From contig NIVC01000527.1 of NCBI GenBank assembly GCA_002269645.1, positions 310,001-374,000 on the forward strand: a DNA stretch of 64,000 nucleotides, in the 5' to 3' direction. Every line of letters starts with the position of its first letter. Position 1 is the first letter of the stretch. Position numbers and translations under genes: made by a program. The notes beneath the pieces are model-generated. The model was not told where the DNA came from, did no database searches, and saw only the letters and a list, made by a program, of their open reading frames with translations. Below, in pieces: positions 49,601 to 63,800 of this stretch. This DNA is from Macrostomum lignano. Its lineage: Eukaryota.

Positions 49601-51515
49601 TTAATCTACAGTAATGATGTGTCTCAATCTCCAGTAATGATGTGTCTCAATCTGCACTAATGATGTGTCTTAATCTACAGTAATGATGTGTCTCAATCTA
49701 CAGTAATGATGTGTCTCAATCTCCAGTATTCATGTGTCTCAATCTCCAGTAATGATGTGTCTCAATCTGCAGTAATGATGTGTCTCAATATGCAGTAATG
49801 ATGTGTCTCAATCTGCAGTAATGATGTGTCTTAATCTACAGTAATGATGTGTCTCAATCTCCACTAATGATGTGTCTCAATCTCCAGTAATGATGTGTCT
49901 CAATCTACAGTATTGATGTGTCTTAATCTACAGTAATGATGTGTCTCAATCTACAGTAATGATGTGTCTCAATCTCCAGTAATGATGTGTCTCAATCTCC
50001 AGTAATGATGTGTCTCAATCTGCAGTAATGATGTGTCTCAATCTGCAGTAATGATGTGTCTCAATCTGCAGTAATGATGTGTCTCAATCTACAGTAATGA
50101 TGTGTCTCAATCTGCAGTAATGATGTGTCTCAATCTGCAGTAATGATGTGTCTCAATCTCCAGTAATGATGTGTCTCAATCTGCAGTAATGATGTGTCTC
50201 AATCTACAGTAATGATGTGTCTCAATCTCCAGTAATGATGTGTCTCAATCTGCAGTAATGATGTGTCTCAATCTCCAGTAATGATGTGTCTCAATCTGCA
50301 GTAATGATGTGTCTCAATCTGCAGTAATGATGTGTCTCAATCTGCAGTAATGATGTGTCTCAATCTCCAGTAATGATGTGTCTCAATCTGCAGTAATGAT
50401 GTGTCTCAATCTGCAGTAATGATGTGTCTCAATCTGCAGTAATGATGTGTCTCAATCTCCAGTATTGATGTGTCTCAATCTGCAGTAATGATGTGTCTCA
50501 ATCTGCAGTAATGATGTGTCTCAATCTGCAGTAATGATGTGTCTCAATCTACAGTATTGATGTGTCTTAATCTACAGTAATGATGTGTCTCAATCTCCAC
50601 TAATGATGTGTCTCAATCTCCAGTAATGATGTGTCTCAATCTACAGTATTGATGTGTCTTAATCTACAGTAATGATGTGTCTCAATCTACAGTATTGATG
50701 TGTCTTAATCTACAGTATTGATGTGTCTCAATCTGCACTAATGATGTGTCTCAATCTCCAGTAATGATGTGTCTCAATCTGCACTAATGATGTGTCTTAA
50801 TCTACAGTAATGATGTGTCTCAATCTACAGTAATGATGTGTCTCAATCTCCAGTATTCATGTGTCTCAATCTCCAGTAATGATGTGTCTCAATCTGCAGT
50901 AATGATGTGTCTCAATATGCAGTAATGATGTGTCTCAATCTGCAGTAATGATGTGTCTTAATCTACAGTAATGATGTGTCTCAATCTCCACTAATGATGT
51001 GTCTCAATCTCCAGTAATGATGTGTCTCAATCTACAGTATTGATGTGTCTCAATCTACAGTAATGATGTGTCTCAATCTCCAGTAATGATGTGTCTCAAT
51101 CTCCAGTAATGATGTGTCTCAATCTGCAGTAATGATGTGTCTCAATCTGCAGTAATGATGTGTCTCAATCTGCAGTAATGATGTGTCTCAATCTGCAGTA
51201 ATGATGTGTCTCAATCTACAGTAATGATGTGTCTCAATCTGCAGTAATGATGTGTCTCAATCTGCAGTAATGATGTGTCTCAATCTCCAGTAATGATGTG
51301 TCTCAATCTGCAGTAATGATGTGTCTCAATCTGCAGTAATGATGTGTCTCAATCTGCAGTAATGATGTGTCTCAATCTACAGTAATGATGTGTCTCAATC
51401 TGCAGTAATGATGTGTCTCAATCTACAGTAATGATGTGTCTCAATCTGCAGTAATGATGTGTCTCAATCTGCAGTAATGATGTGTCTCAATCTCCAGTAA
51501 TGATGTGTCTCAATC
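46632..51515. repeat. 23-bp satellite (gatgtgtctcaatctgcagtaat) in two blocks, 46632-47800 and 48400-51515
   Basis: Well over 150 tandem units, interrupted by about 590 bp of unique sequence. Confidence 0.95.
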
Positions 51516-52638
51516 TGGAGTCTAATGTGTCCTAGTCTTTAGAAATTGTGTCACAATCGAGTCGATGTGTCAATTGCTCTTCTGAAAGTCGAAACAGACT
51601 GAAGATAAAGTCGCAAGCATAACAGCATTTGGCACCATTTTATCAGCGATTTTTCTGCCTTAGTAAAACATTCTTTAGAAACCTTTTAAGAGGCCCAGCT
51701 TCTTTTAAAGAAAGCAGACAGGTGCAAAATCGTATGGTCTGTCAGTTATTTTTTATTAGCTGAGGCCTTCCCCGTGACTGAGGGGTCCCTAGGATAGCAG
51801 CAGACCTTTGCGTTGCCTGAATTCTGTTCCTTTTGCTGGCGCTTCAAGCTCTATTGGCCTCACCTTTAAAGGTGCATTCCGTCTGTTCCGCAAAAGCGAT
51901 AGCTACGAATATAACAATCGACAATCTACATTTCATTCTCTCTTAGCCAATTATTAGGTAAATAATTAGATTCAGAAAAATACAGACACTTTTGCCTATT
52001 TCCAGCCACTTGTAACTACATGTAACCTTCAATTGACCTCTTGAGCTGAAATATATAGTTTAGCTGCGCGTCTCTGCGTTAAAAACTAGCCAATTCAGCG
52101 CTTTGATTTGGGCATTCAAAAATTTATGTAATCTTGTGGAAGGTCAAAACTGTATGACAGAGACAGACAAACTGCTGTAACGGTTACAGCGAATCAAGCT
52201 GCAGTTGATTTTTTAAGCCTCTTCGACCGCTGATTGGCTGAAGGACCAGCAGGGTGGGGGAGGGTGGGGTACTGGCTAATAGCTGCTTAAAAAGTAGCGG
52301 AGCTCCGATCTGGAAAGTGCACTAAATCTGTTTTCCAGCACAGCGGCATCGATTTTCCGAATTCTCAAAACAGCAACCTTTTTTTCTGCGCCAGCTGGCA
52401 AGCGTTGTGAGTTTCACTTGAATTTGGTTCTGGCCTCTCTACTCTCTGTGTACTCCGTGGGGCTCTGTGATCGTTGCTGGGACTCAAAGTGGATTTTCTA
52501 ATGCGTGTCTTATGCATGCGGCTGAGCTCACTTGCGACTCCGAGTGGAAGTTCAACCACCGAGTCTGCTTATCTATCGAGTGCTCTTCACCTGAACATCG
52601 CTTCCCCTGATCACGACCGAGTGCTCCGTTCCGCCTGC

Positions 52639-53717
52639 GACTGACTGACTGACTGACTGACTGACTGACTGACTGACTGACTGACTGACTGACTGACTGA
52701 CTGACTGACTGACTGACTGACTGACTGACTGACTGACTGACTGACTGACTGACTGACTGACTGACTGACTGACTGACTGACTGACTGACTGACTGACTGA
52801 CTGACTGACTGACTGACTGACTGACTGACTGACTGACTGACTGACTGACTGACTGACTGACTGACTGACTGACTGACTGACTGACTGACTGACTGACTGA
52901 CTGACTGACTGACTGACTGACTGACTGACTGACTGACTGACTGACTGACTGACTGACTGACTGACTGACTGACTGACTGACTGACTGACTGACTGACTGA
53001 CTGACTGACTGACTGACTGACTGACTGACTGACTGACTGACTGACTGACTGACTGACTGACTGACTGACTGACTGACTGACTGACTGACTGACTGACTGA
53101 CTGACTGACTGACTGACTGACTGACTGACTGGCTGGCTGACTGACTGACTGACTGACTGACTGACTGACTGACTGACTGACTGACTGACTGACTGACTGA
53201 CTGACTGACTGACTGACTGACTGACTGACTGACTGACTGACTGACTGACTGACTGACTGACTGACTGACTGACTGACTGACTGACTGACTGACTGACTGA
53301 CTGACTGACTGACTGACTGGCTGGCTGACTGACTGACTGACTGACTCACTGACTCACTGACTGACTGACTGACTGACTGACTGACTGACTGACTGACTGA
53401 CTGACTGACTGACTGACTGACTGACTGACTGACTGACTGACTGACTGACTGACTGACTGACTGACTGACTGACTGACTGACTGACTGACTGACTGACTGA
53501 CTGACTGACTGACTGACTGACTGACTGACTGACTGACTGACTGACTGACTGACTGACTGACTGACTGACTGACTGACTGACTGACTGACTGACTGACTGA
53601 CTGACTGACTGACTGACTGACTGACTGACTGACTGACTGACTGACTGACTGACTGACTGACTGACTGACTGACTGACTGACTGACTGACTGACTGACTGA
53701 CTGACTGACTGACTGAC
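52639..53717. repeat. (GACT)n microsatellite, about 1.08 kb
   Basis: Near-perfect tetranucleotide run with a few GGCT and CACT variants. Confidence 0.98.
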
Positions 53718-54396
53718 TAAGACACAAGGCAAGATGTAAAGAAATCAATAATTCCAACTGATTGAGCCTTCGCTAACAAAAGTACAGACACCAACACCCA
53801 ATACCTGGAACAAGCTATTGAAGGGAAAAATCAAACAGCGGTGATTGAAGCCGAGATGAAAGAGCTGCACATCCAAATGTGATGCAGCACAGTTGGCCGC
53901 ACAAACAGCTGCTTTGAGAGCCTTGAGGCGCACTTAGCGGCGGCTAGCGGCAGGCGGACAGACAGGCAGGCAGGCAGCCACAGAAGGCAGATGCCCCAGG
54001 GACTCAGTGGAAGGCAATTGTAGCGAGGCCACTTGGCCCAATTCCGCGGCCATGTGAGCTGTTTTTATTGTCCGTCTCTTAATTCCTAGAGCCGCGGCTA
54101 CGCATGATGAGGACCTGCTCTCGTGTTGCTATGGGGAATCGCGCTACATGAGAGAGCGCGGAACACAGAATGATGAACTGCCCGAACTGTACTGCTCAGA
54201 GAAGGAACTGAGCGGCCTTGGCTGAGGCAGGAATAGTTGCAATCAAGTCCGCTGTAGCCAGCTGAAATTGAATTCCAGCTGGCCAACTGGGGCCTCTCGG
54301 CATCCACGGTTTATTAATGCGAAACTTGCCAAATCCCTGCCAGCTTACTGAGTGCAAGTGTAGGTCTCTGTGGGTTCTATGGCTCTACACCAGGCT

Positions 54397-54553
<157 letters not shown>

Positions 54554-55379
54554 CAACAGTGGACCCTAAAGTTACATTATGTAGCCGAGTTCCCATTCAG
54601 AATGGAAACCTGAAGCCGAAATTTCACTGAAGTCCAGCATCATTAAAAGCACCGAGGAAGCTTCATCGACCAGTGCACGAAAGCAGCAGCCACCCAGTTG
54701 AGTTGTCGGACACTTTGCTAAGATAGCAGCTACAACAGGAGTAGCCGAGCTTTTGTAAATGTTTACTTGTTAATCCGTTAATAAGGGTACTTGTGCATAG
54801 ATACCATTAATATTATGAGTAGTACTATACATACACATATGTAAATACAGTGCATGTGTATCACATAGGCATATGGTACGTCTGAGAAGCAGGTGCAGGT
54901 ACGAGTAGATAAACTTAAAATGCTGCAACTGAAATGCGCCGGGGTTACAAGCGGAGCGGACAGTCTAACTGAGTGACACAATTTTGCAACAGAAATAATA
55001 ACCGAGAATTTAACTAAACGTCTGACAGAGTTGAGTACGCTGCTCAGAAATGAATGATTTTTCCTGGTCGGAGTCGGTAGTGTTTGAAAATATGCTCACT
55101 TGCTGCTGCGGTTGCTAAGGGTAAGGAATGAAATGAATGGCCTAGGACTTTCAAAGCAAACGGACTTGAGCTGCCTCTCTCTCTCTCTCTCTCTCTCTCG
55201 CTCGGTTTCTCCTATGTAAATAATAAGTGCACGGCTGTCGCACTGCGGCCGACTAAAGACCCCCCCTCCCCCGACCACTCATCCCAGATCCAGTCGCATT
55301 TCCCGAGACCGCGGTTTCTTGATATTGAGTTGATTCCAGATGAAGTCGGTCGGGGGTCGGGGGGGGGGGCTCTGGGTGC

Positions 55380-56330
55380 TCAGCAGCATTGGCAACGGTT
55401 CAGCCAGCCCGTCAGCGCCTCTTTGACCTTCGCACCGACCCCGGACTTTCGCCCGTCGTCGCCCTTCGCCTTGCCGACTCCGCTGTCTTCGACGTCGCCG
55501 TCTCCGCAGCCGCTGGACGAGTCGGGACTCGGGCCGGCCGGCAGCTCGCCAGCTGGGCCCGGCCGCGGACCTCCAAGCGGCCGGCTGTGCCTCTCCGTGA
55601 GCTCCTTGGCCACCTCCAGCATCATGGCGTCGACCTCGACGTTCTCGTCGTCGGCCAAGACGCTGAGGCAGAAGATTGGCGCAGCTGAGGCGGCCAGCTG
55701 CCTTGCGGCGGACAGGGTGGCGGTGTGCTGCCCGAGGTCGGTCTTGTTGCCCACCAGCACCAGCATCGGGCGCGGCGGGCCGCAGGTCTCGGCCAGTGCG
55801 CACCATCTGCCCAGCTCGTGGGTGCAGTCGCGCGACGCGTCAAAGACGATGAACAACGCGTGCAGGAAGCGCAGCTGCCTGTCCAGGCCGGTTTCCAGGG
55901 TGGCCCGGCCTGGCGTGTCCCAGCACTGGAAGGTCACGTGATGCCGACCGATGGCTACGGCTTTGGATCGCGGAGCGGCCGACAAAGTCTCTGTGTAGCC
56001 GTCGCTGAACTGACTGTGGGTGAAGCGGCAGATCAGTTTGGTCTTGCCGACCCGGCTCGGACCGGCGAACGCCACAGTGAAGTGCCAGTTCCGGCCCTCC
56101 TGCGGTGGCGGTAGAGGCTGCAGCGGCAGCGGCTGCTGAGTGATGCTGGCGCTGCCGGCCGAGTGCAACTGAAACTCTTGAACTGGTGGCTCTCCTGCTG
56201 GATCTGCCAACGGTTCTTCAACTGGTGTTTCCTCATCTGACGCAGCTTCGGTTTGTTGCTGTTGCTGGTCTGGCTGCTCGTCTGGCTGCTGTGGCATGAC
56301 AAGTTCTTCCACTGTATCCGGCTCAGGCAT
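55380..56330 (-). CDS. Intronless atypical Rab-like small GTPase with acidic N-terminal extension, 316 aa
   Basis: G1 GPSRVGKT, G3 WDTPGR, G4 GNKTD, degenerate G5 (CLSVL); C-terminal CQCC prenylation-type motif. Confidence 0.85.
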   Translation of the reverse strand: MPEPDTVEELVMPQQPDEQPDQQQQQTEAASDEETPVEEPLADPAGEPPVQEFQLHSAGSASITQQPLPLQPLPPPQEGRNWHFTVAFAGPSRVGKTKLICRFTHSQFSDGYTETLSAAPRSKAVAIGRHHVTFQCWDTPGRATLETGLDRQLRFLHALFIVFDASRDCTHELGRWCALAETCGPPRPMLVLVGNKTDLGQHTATLSAARQLAASAAPIFCLSVLADDENVEVDAMMLEVAKELTERHSRPLGGPRPGPAGELPAGPSPDSSSGCGDGDVEDSGVGKAKGDDGRKSGVGAKVKEALTGWLNRCQCC

Positions 56331-57371
56331 AGCTCTTCTTCTACACTTCTAGAAGGCAACAGACAGCCCTAGCCAGAGAGCAACCTTTTAGCTTATTGAA
56401 TAATAATGGGTTCCTATAGCAAGTACTCGAGCTGAGTATTTGAGACCTGATGGGGAATAAACAAGCTGGTCAAGCAGAGCATTCAGCTGTCTATGGGCAT
56501 GAGCTCCCATGCCTCCTCGTCTTGGAAATCCTCCACTTGGGGATTAGCGACAGTCATGTTTTAAGTCTTGAGTTGGGGTGCCCAGTTTCCGCGGTGCAGG
56601 AACCATCGATTAGATCGAAATTGAGCCCCGAGACTTAACGCACTTTTCCCGCTTTGCTATTGGAAAGAAGCCTCCCGTAATTATTGCTCGCCGCGGCCAT
56701 TATCAACTCGTCTTACAGCCTGCAACTAGAGACTCTGGCGGAAAACTATGCTCATAATTATCCTGCTTCTCGTCTCTCTCAATCATGTGCCTCTCTAGTT
56801 GTATAAAATATTCTTCTCTGACTGGGAGGCCTGGGGCAGCTGGATAGTGAGATGAAGACAGGCCTTTTTGAATTTTGGCTCAGGCCATCCCTCGGATGCG
56901 TGACGGGGCGCCTGTGTTTGCTCCGCCAGCAATGGCAAACACGAAAACTTCTTCAAGGCCAGCCTTCACACTCTTGAGCTGCCTGCCATGAAATCCTCTC
57001 TACCATGAAAAGAGCTCACTGAACAGGTGACTGCCAATTCACCAATATGCCCTTTGTTGCAATAGCTGTGCGGAGCGTCAGAGAATTGCACTGTAGGCTA
57101 AGGAGCATCTCTGCTGTATTCAAGGAAAGGTCGCTCACGAGGTTTGTACAGACAGCAGCCCGGTGCACTTTTACGCACTTGGGCCCTGGGCTTTTTCACG
57201 CATTTATTAAGTCAGAGATTTTCTGAAAAGTTAAACTTATAAAAGCGAAGTCCTTGCTGGTCTACTCACTCCACGATTCTCAAGTATTTTGTATGTATAA
57301 TTTAGAAGTCCTTAACGGCTAATGATGGCAAGTTCTGTATGCAATTATTTGAATTGATTGCACCTGCCCCA

Positions 57372-57645
57372 ATAGGCGAGATGTGCAACCGACAGCTCAG
57401 CCGCAGCTATTGCGCGGCGCATCTGAAGGCTGCGTACGGCTGTTCAGTCCAAGGACTGGGGGGTCGCCACACACACCCTCAATTACCCCAGCTAATGCTG
57501 GCACCCATTTTACAGCTGGGTGAACTGAAGCAATGCAGAGTTAAGTGTCTTGCTCAAGGATATAAATTTGTTCCAGTGGGTCGGGAATCGAACCCCCGAC
57601 CTTTCAGTCGTGAGTCCTATGCTCTAACCACTAGGCTACAACCCC
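57372..57645 (-). mobile_element. tRNA-derived SINE with CORE/V-like central domain
   Basis: Minus strand: A box TAGCCTAGTGG, B box GGTTCGATTCC, then ccttgagcaagacacttaac...cagctgtaaaatggg (57559-57504), resembling the CORE consensus. Confidence 0.8.
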
Positions 57646-57878
57646 TTGTAGGCAATCTGTATGCAAAGACTACTAAAATACTATGGACATGTAGAGCAAA
57701 ACTTATAGACCGACAAGCTTTCAACTTTTATTATCATGGACTTCTAAAAATAGCGCCTGGACTAAACTTCCCATTTTGGCGGTGGTGCTTCCAGTCCAGG
57801 TACTTATAGCTTTAGAAGTCCACGCTAATGGACAATCCAACCCCGTAATCAGCTCTCCAGTTCGACCCGCCAAAACCG

Positions 57879-60800
57879 ATGGCCGACACCTGCTGCGGCG
57901 GCCAGTTGGACGCCGGCAACGCCTCGCTGTCAGTCTGCGAGCTGCCGAGCCAGAGCGGCGCGAACATCTGGCCGACCCTCAGCCTCTTCCTCGTTGGCGC
58001 CGCCGGCAACCTGCTCGCCCTGCTGGTGCTGCTGCGGCGTCGCCGGCCGGCGAAATCGGGCCGAGCCAGCCTGTTCTACTCACTGCTCACCGCCCTGATT
58101 GCCGCCGACCTGCTGGCCCAGCTGCTCACCTCAAGTGCACCGCTGGCCGTGTACGCTCAGGGCAGCTACAACTCCAGCTCCCGTCGGCTGCGCCTCGTCT
58201 GGACTGGCGGCGATCTGGCCTGCCAGGCTCACGCGGTTGTCATGACAACCGTGTCTCTAGGCGAGCCCCTTCTAGTACTTTGCATGTCGATTGAACGGCT
58301 ATTGTGCCTGGCTAATAGGCGCAGATGTCACGTGACCAGGTGGTTGCTAGGCCTGCTCTGCGCGGCCCTGCTGACGGCCTGCCTGCCCCTCGCCGGGCTG
58401 GGCTCCTACCGGCTGCAGTATCCGGCCACCTGGTGCTTCGTCGACTCGCGTTCCGGACGTCCGGCCGACCGGGCCTTCGCCGCGGGCCTGGGCCTGTGGA
58501 ACGTGGCCGTCATTGTGCTCATCGTGGCCAGCAACCTGTGGGTCATCTGGCGGCTGCTGTCCGTCCGGCGGGTCCGCAAGGCGATGGCCAGGGGCAACGA
58601 TAGGCTGTCGTTTCGCGGGGCGGCGCGGCCGAAGTACATGCGGGCCATGGAGGTGCAGCTGCTGGTCATCCTCGTGGCCATCACGGCATCCTTCGCCCTC
58701 TGCTGGTCTCCGCTGATGGTGAGGGCTCTGATCTGCGTCCATAGGTTGCATTGTGTATGTTAAACACTCTCTTTGATCCCAATATTCCCAAAGATACTCC
58801 TCTAGGTTTTCCTCTCAAAATTCCCTGAAATTTCCTTGAAATCTCAGAAAACTGATTGAGATTCCGCTGAAATACCAATTCGTTGAGATTTTCCGTGATT
58901 CCCTTTAAGTATGTCTCTGAAATTCTCCCTGGACTTTTATCAATATTCTCCCGAGATTTTCTCTGAAATTCCCCCAGATATTCTCTCTGGAATTCCCTCT
59001 GAGATTCTCCCAGGAATTCTTCCGGGGATTTTCCCTGAAGTTCCCTCCGAGATTCTCCCTGGCGTTCCCTCCGAGATTCCCCTGAAATTCCCTCCGATAT
59101 TCTCCATGGAATTCCCCCAGAGCTTCTCCTTGAAATTCCCTCCTTGAAATTCCCTCTGAGATTCTCCCTCAAATCCCTTCAAGATTCTCCCTGGAATCCC
59201 TCCGAGATTCTCACTGGAATCCCTCCGAGATTCTCCCTGGATTCCCGACGAGATTCTCCCTGGAATCCCTCCGAGATTCTCCCTGGAATCCCTTCAAGAT
59301 TCTCCCTGGATTCCCGACGAGATTCACACTGGAATCCCTCCGAGATTCTCCCTGGAATCTCTCCGAGATTCTCCCTGGAATCCCTTCAAGATTCTCCCTG
59401 GAATCCCTCCGAACTTCTCCCTGGAATCCCTTCAAGATTCTCCCTGGAATCCCTCCGAGATTCTCCCTGGAATCCCTTCAAGATTCTCCCTGGAATCCCT
59501 CCGAGATTCTCCCTGGAATCCCTTCAAGATTCTCCCTGAAATCCCTCCGAGATTCTCCCTGGAATCCCTCCGAGATTCTCCCTGGAATCCCTTCAAGATT
59601 CTCCCTGGAATCCCTCCGAACTTCTCCCTGGAATCCCTTCAAGATTCTCCCTGGAATCCCTCCGAGATTCTCACTGGAATCCCTCCGAGATTCTCCCTGG
59701 ATTCCCGACGAGATTCTCCCTGGAATCCCTCCGAGATTCTCCCTGGAATCCCTTCAAGATTCTCCCTGGATTCCCGACGAGATTCTCCCTGGAATCCCTC
59801 CGAGATTCTCCCTGGATTCCCGACGAGATTCTCCCTGGAATCCCTCCGAGATTCTCCCTGGAATCCCTCCGAGATGCTCCCAGAGCAAAAGTTTCCCAGT
59901 TGATGTGGTCCTGGTCCTGTTCCTTGGCAAAACTATCAAGCAGTTTCGCATCAAAGAACCCACTTTAGCCGGTACAGGATTTCAAACTCTTCTTATTTGC
60001 CGAACACAGGATGGAAGAGCAAACAGTAGCAAGAGCCTTTCAAAGCAATAAACCCGGGTTAAAAAATATTTTTGCTTCTGATTTACAGCTGGCGGCCCGA
60101 AAATGCGGCTTCTGCTCCAATTCTGTTCCAGTTGCTGCTTTTCCCTGCTCTCAAGCTCGTTCGGGGCAAAGTTGACAAATTGTAAATTTCTTTCTGCAGC
60201 GCACCGCCAGACGGTCTGAGCACAGTTTATTGGCTTTGCAATGCAAACACCAGATTCAAATGCTGAGGGGATGCTGCGCTGCCGCCCGCTTCAACCAATT
60301 CTGCAGCTCAACTGGGTTTGTCCTTGAATCGACCTTCGAAGCATTCTCATGCCGTCTTCATCATCTGTCACAGCTTCTTTCGCACCTGTCTCCTATCTGT
60401 CTTCTTCTTCCTCTCACAGCTGTCTTCCTCTCACAGCTGTCTACCTCTCACAGCTGTCTCCCTCTCCCACCTGTCTCCTATCTGTCTTCTTCTTCCTCTC
60501 ACAGCTGTCTACCTCTCACAGTTGTCTCCCTCTCACAGCTGTCTCCCTCTCACAGCTGTCTCCCTCTCACAGTTGTCTCCCTCTCACAGTTGTCTCCCTC
60601 TCACAGTTGTCTCCCTCTCACAGTTGTCTCCCTCTCACAGCTGTCTCCCTCTCACAGCTGTCTCCCTCTCACAGCTGTCTCCCTCTCACAGCTGTCTTCC
60701 TCTCACAGCTGTCTACCTCTCACAGCTGTCTCCCTCTCCCACCTGTCTCCTATCTGTCTTCTTCTTCCTCTCACAGCTGTCTCCCTCTCACAGTTGTCTC

Positions 60801-63800
60801 CCTCTCACAGCTGTCTCCCTCTCACAGCTGTCTCCCTCTCACAGCTGTCTCCCTCTCACAGCTGTCTTCCTCTCACAGCTGTCTACCTCTCACAGCTGTC
60901 TCTTTCTCCCACCTGTCTCCTATCTGTCTTCTTCTTCCTCTCCCACCTGTCTCCTATCTGTCTTCTTCTTCCTCTCACAGTTGTCTCCCTCTCACAGCTG
61001 TCTCCCTCTCACAGCTGTGTCCCTCTTCCACCTGTCTCCCTCTCTCACCTGTCTCCCTCTCACAGCTGTCTCCCTCTCACACCTGTCTCCCTCTCCCACC
61101 TGTCTCCCTCTCCCACCTGTCTCCCTCTCCCACCTGTCTCCCTCTCCCACCTGTCTCCCTCTCCCACCTGTCTCCCTCTCCCACCTGTCTCCCTCTCCCA
61201 CCTGTCTCCCTCTCCCACCTGTCTCCCTCTCCCACCTGTCTCCCTCTCACAGCTGTCTCCCTCTCCCACCTGTCTCCCTTTCACAGCTGTCTCCCTCTCC
61301 CACCTGTCTCCCTTTCACAGCTGTCTCCCTCTCCCACCTGTCTCCCTCTCCCACCTGTCTCCCTCTCCCACCTGTCTCCCTTTCACAGCTGTCTCCCTCT
61401 CCCACCTGTCTCCCTCTCCCACCTGTCTCCCTCTCACACCTGTCTCCCTCTCCCACCTGTCTCCCTCTCCCACCTGTCTCCCTCTCCCACCTGTCTCCCT
61501 CTCCCACCTGTCTCCCTCTCCCACCTGTCTCCCTCTCCCACCTGTCTCCCTCTCCCACCTGTCTCCCTCTCACAGCTGTCTCCCTCTCCCACCTGTCTCC
61601 CTTTCACAGCTGTCTCCCTCTCCCACCTGTCTCCCTTTCACAGCTGTCTCCCTCTCCCACCTGTCTCCCTCTCCCACCTGTCTCCCTCTCCCACCTGTCT
61701 CCCTCTCCCACCTGTCTCCCTCTCCCACCTGTCTCCCTCTCCCACCTGTCTCCCTCTCACAGCTGTCTCCCTCTCCCACCTGTCTCCCTCTCCCACCTGT
61801 CTCCCTCTCCCACCTGTCTCCCTTTCACAGCTGTCTCCCTCTCCCACCTGTCTCCCTCTCCCACCTGTCTCCCTCTCCCACCTGTCTCCCTCTCCCACCT
61901 GTCTTCGTCTCACAGCTGTCTCCCTCTTTCCCTCTCATTCTCCCACCCACCTAGTTCTAGCCTTTTCTATCTCAAATTTACTGCTTTCTCAGACTACTTT
62001 AACCCAAAAGTGCACAAATATGAGCTACAAAACCGTAAAGAATATAAGATTCATTCCCTAATGTCCTTCCTAGCTATTCTCCATATTCAATGGGTCTCCC
62101 ATGCAGAGCGGAGTATCAATCTAATCAGCCACTTACTTCACACTTCACTTCCCAACCGAGGTTTAAAGAAAAATTTTCAACCCGTCAGTCAGCGCAGCCA
62201 AAATCTTTAATTATTTGTTTGAATTTTATAGTAAGTCAGCACGTATAATTCGATTCAAAAATTTTGAGCCAACAGTATTTATTGCGTTGTATTGTACTTT
62301 GTTCTTCTGGGTCGCTAAAAATATCTACCGCACGAATATTACTCATAGTAAGCGAAGGGTCTTTATGGTATTTTATACTTAAACGACCGATGGTGTTTGT
62401 ACCTACCAGGTTAAAATGAGCCTTAGAAGCTCTTTGCTAGTGAAAATTAAAGTTTATTAAGTACTCCAATTCCTATAAGTTCCTGTGCTTTTAAAAAGCG
62501 AGTTTTTTACTCTGCTTGGCTACTGGAAGTAGCTGTCTCGGAAGATACAAGTATTAATGTATGAAATATAAAATATTTAAAGTGTGATATGTAATTCTCT
62601 GATTCAGGTAATATAGGTGTTGCAGCGATAAATCACTGAATAAATGAGTAATGCATTGAATGAATTCCTGATTGCACGCTAACCGCGCCCAACTCTGCTT
62701 TACTTGCAGTGCTATCGTTCATTCTGCCGATTATGCATCATATTTCATGATATTCATCATATATTTTGCCTAATTTATTCATTTTTACAACCTAATGTGG
62801 CTGATAAATATCTAGTATCAACAATTACTACTTATAGCTTTCTAATAATTTACAGCTGTCTCCCTCTTCCATCTATCTCCTTCTCTCCCTCTCCCACCTG
62901 TCTCCATGTCTCCCTCTCCCACCTGTCTCCATGTCTCCCTCTCCCACCTGTCTCCATGTCTCCCTCTTCCATCTATCTCCCTCTCCCACCTGTCTCCATG
63001 TCTCCCTCTCCCACCTGTCTCCATGTCTCCCTCTTCCATCTATCTCCTTCTCTCCTTCTCCCACCTGTCTCCATGTCTCCCTCTCCCACCTGTCTCCATG
63101 TCTCCCTCTCCCACCTGTCTCCATGTCTCCCTCTCCCACCTGTCTCCATGTCTCCCTCTCCCACCTGTCTCCATGTCTCCCTCTCCCACCTGTCTCCATG
63201 TCTCCCTCTCCCACCTGTCTCCATGTCTCCCTCTCCCACCTGTCTCCATGTCTCCCTCTTCCATCTATCTCCTTCTCTCCTTCTCCCACCTGTCTCCATG
63301 TCTCCCTCTCCCACCTGTCTCCATGTCTCCCTCTTCCATCTATCTCCTTCTCTCCTTCTCCCACCTGTCTCCATGTCCCCCTCTCCCACCTGTCTCTATG
63401 TCTCCCTCTCCCACCTGTCTCCATGTCTCCCTCTCCCACCTGTCTCCATGTCTCCCTCTCCCACCTGTCTCCATGTCTCCCTCTTCCATCTATCTCCTTT
63501 TCTCCTTCTCCCACCTGTCTCCATGTCTCCCTCTCCCACCTGTCTCCATGTCTCCCTCTCCCACCTGTCTCCATGTCTCCCTCTCCCACCTGTCTCCATG
63601 TCTTCCTCTCCCACCTGTCTCCATCTCTCCCTCTCCCACCCGTCTCCCTGTCTCCCCATCTCCGTCTCCCACATGTCTCCCTTTCTTCGCTCTTTACGAC
63701 TAAATTCGCGATAGTTTCGCACCGTTTCAATTAGCTAAATTAAAGAAAATGAAACCTTGAATTTCTTCGTAGATCCGCCTTGTGCTCAACTCGCTGCTGC

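Noticed and set aside
43193-51515. Regular 23-35 bp repeats as CRISPR arrays (also 2554-3119)
   Set aside because: Units are head-to-tail with no unique spacers, there are no cas genes, and the context is eukaryotic introns.
52573-53757. 394-aa SQSV ORF and similar ORFs at 54317-54630
   Set aside because: Translations of (GACT)n and (TCTG)n microsatellites.
56450-57330. Retroelement coding fragment between the Rab and the SINE
   Set aside because: The minus-strand frames I translated (about 56870-57180) and the listed ORF showed no RT, integrase or transposase motif.
57575-57645. tRNA gene on the minus strand
   Set aside because: Has A and B boxes but continues into a CORE-like body; it is a SINE head.
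60230-63734. 570-630 aa Ser/Leu/Pro/His/Cys ORFs
   Set aside because: Stop-free pyrimidine-rich minisatellites open in several frames inside the GPCR intron.
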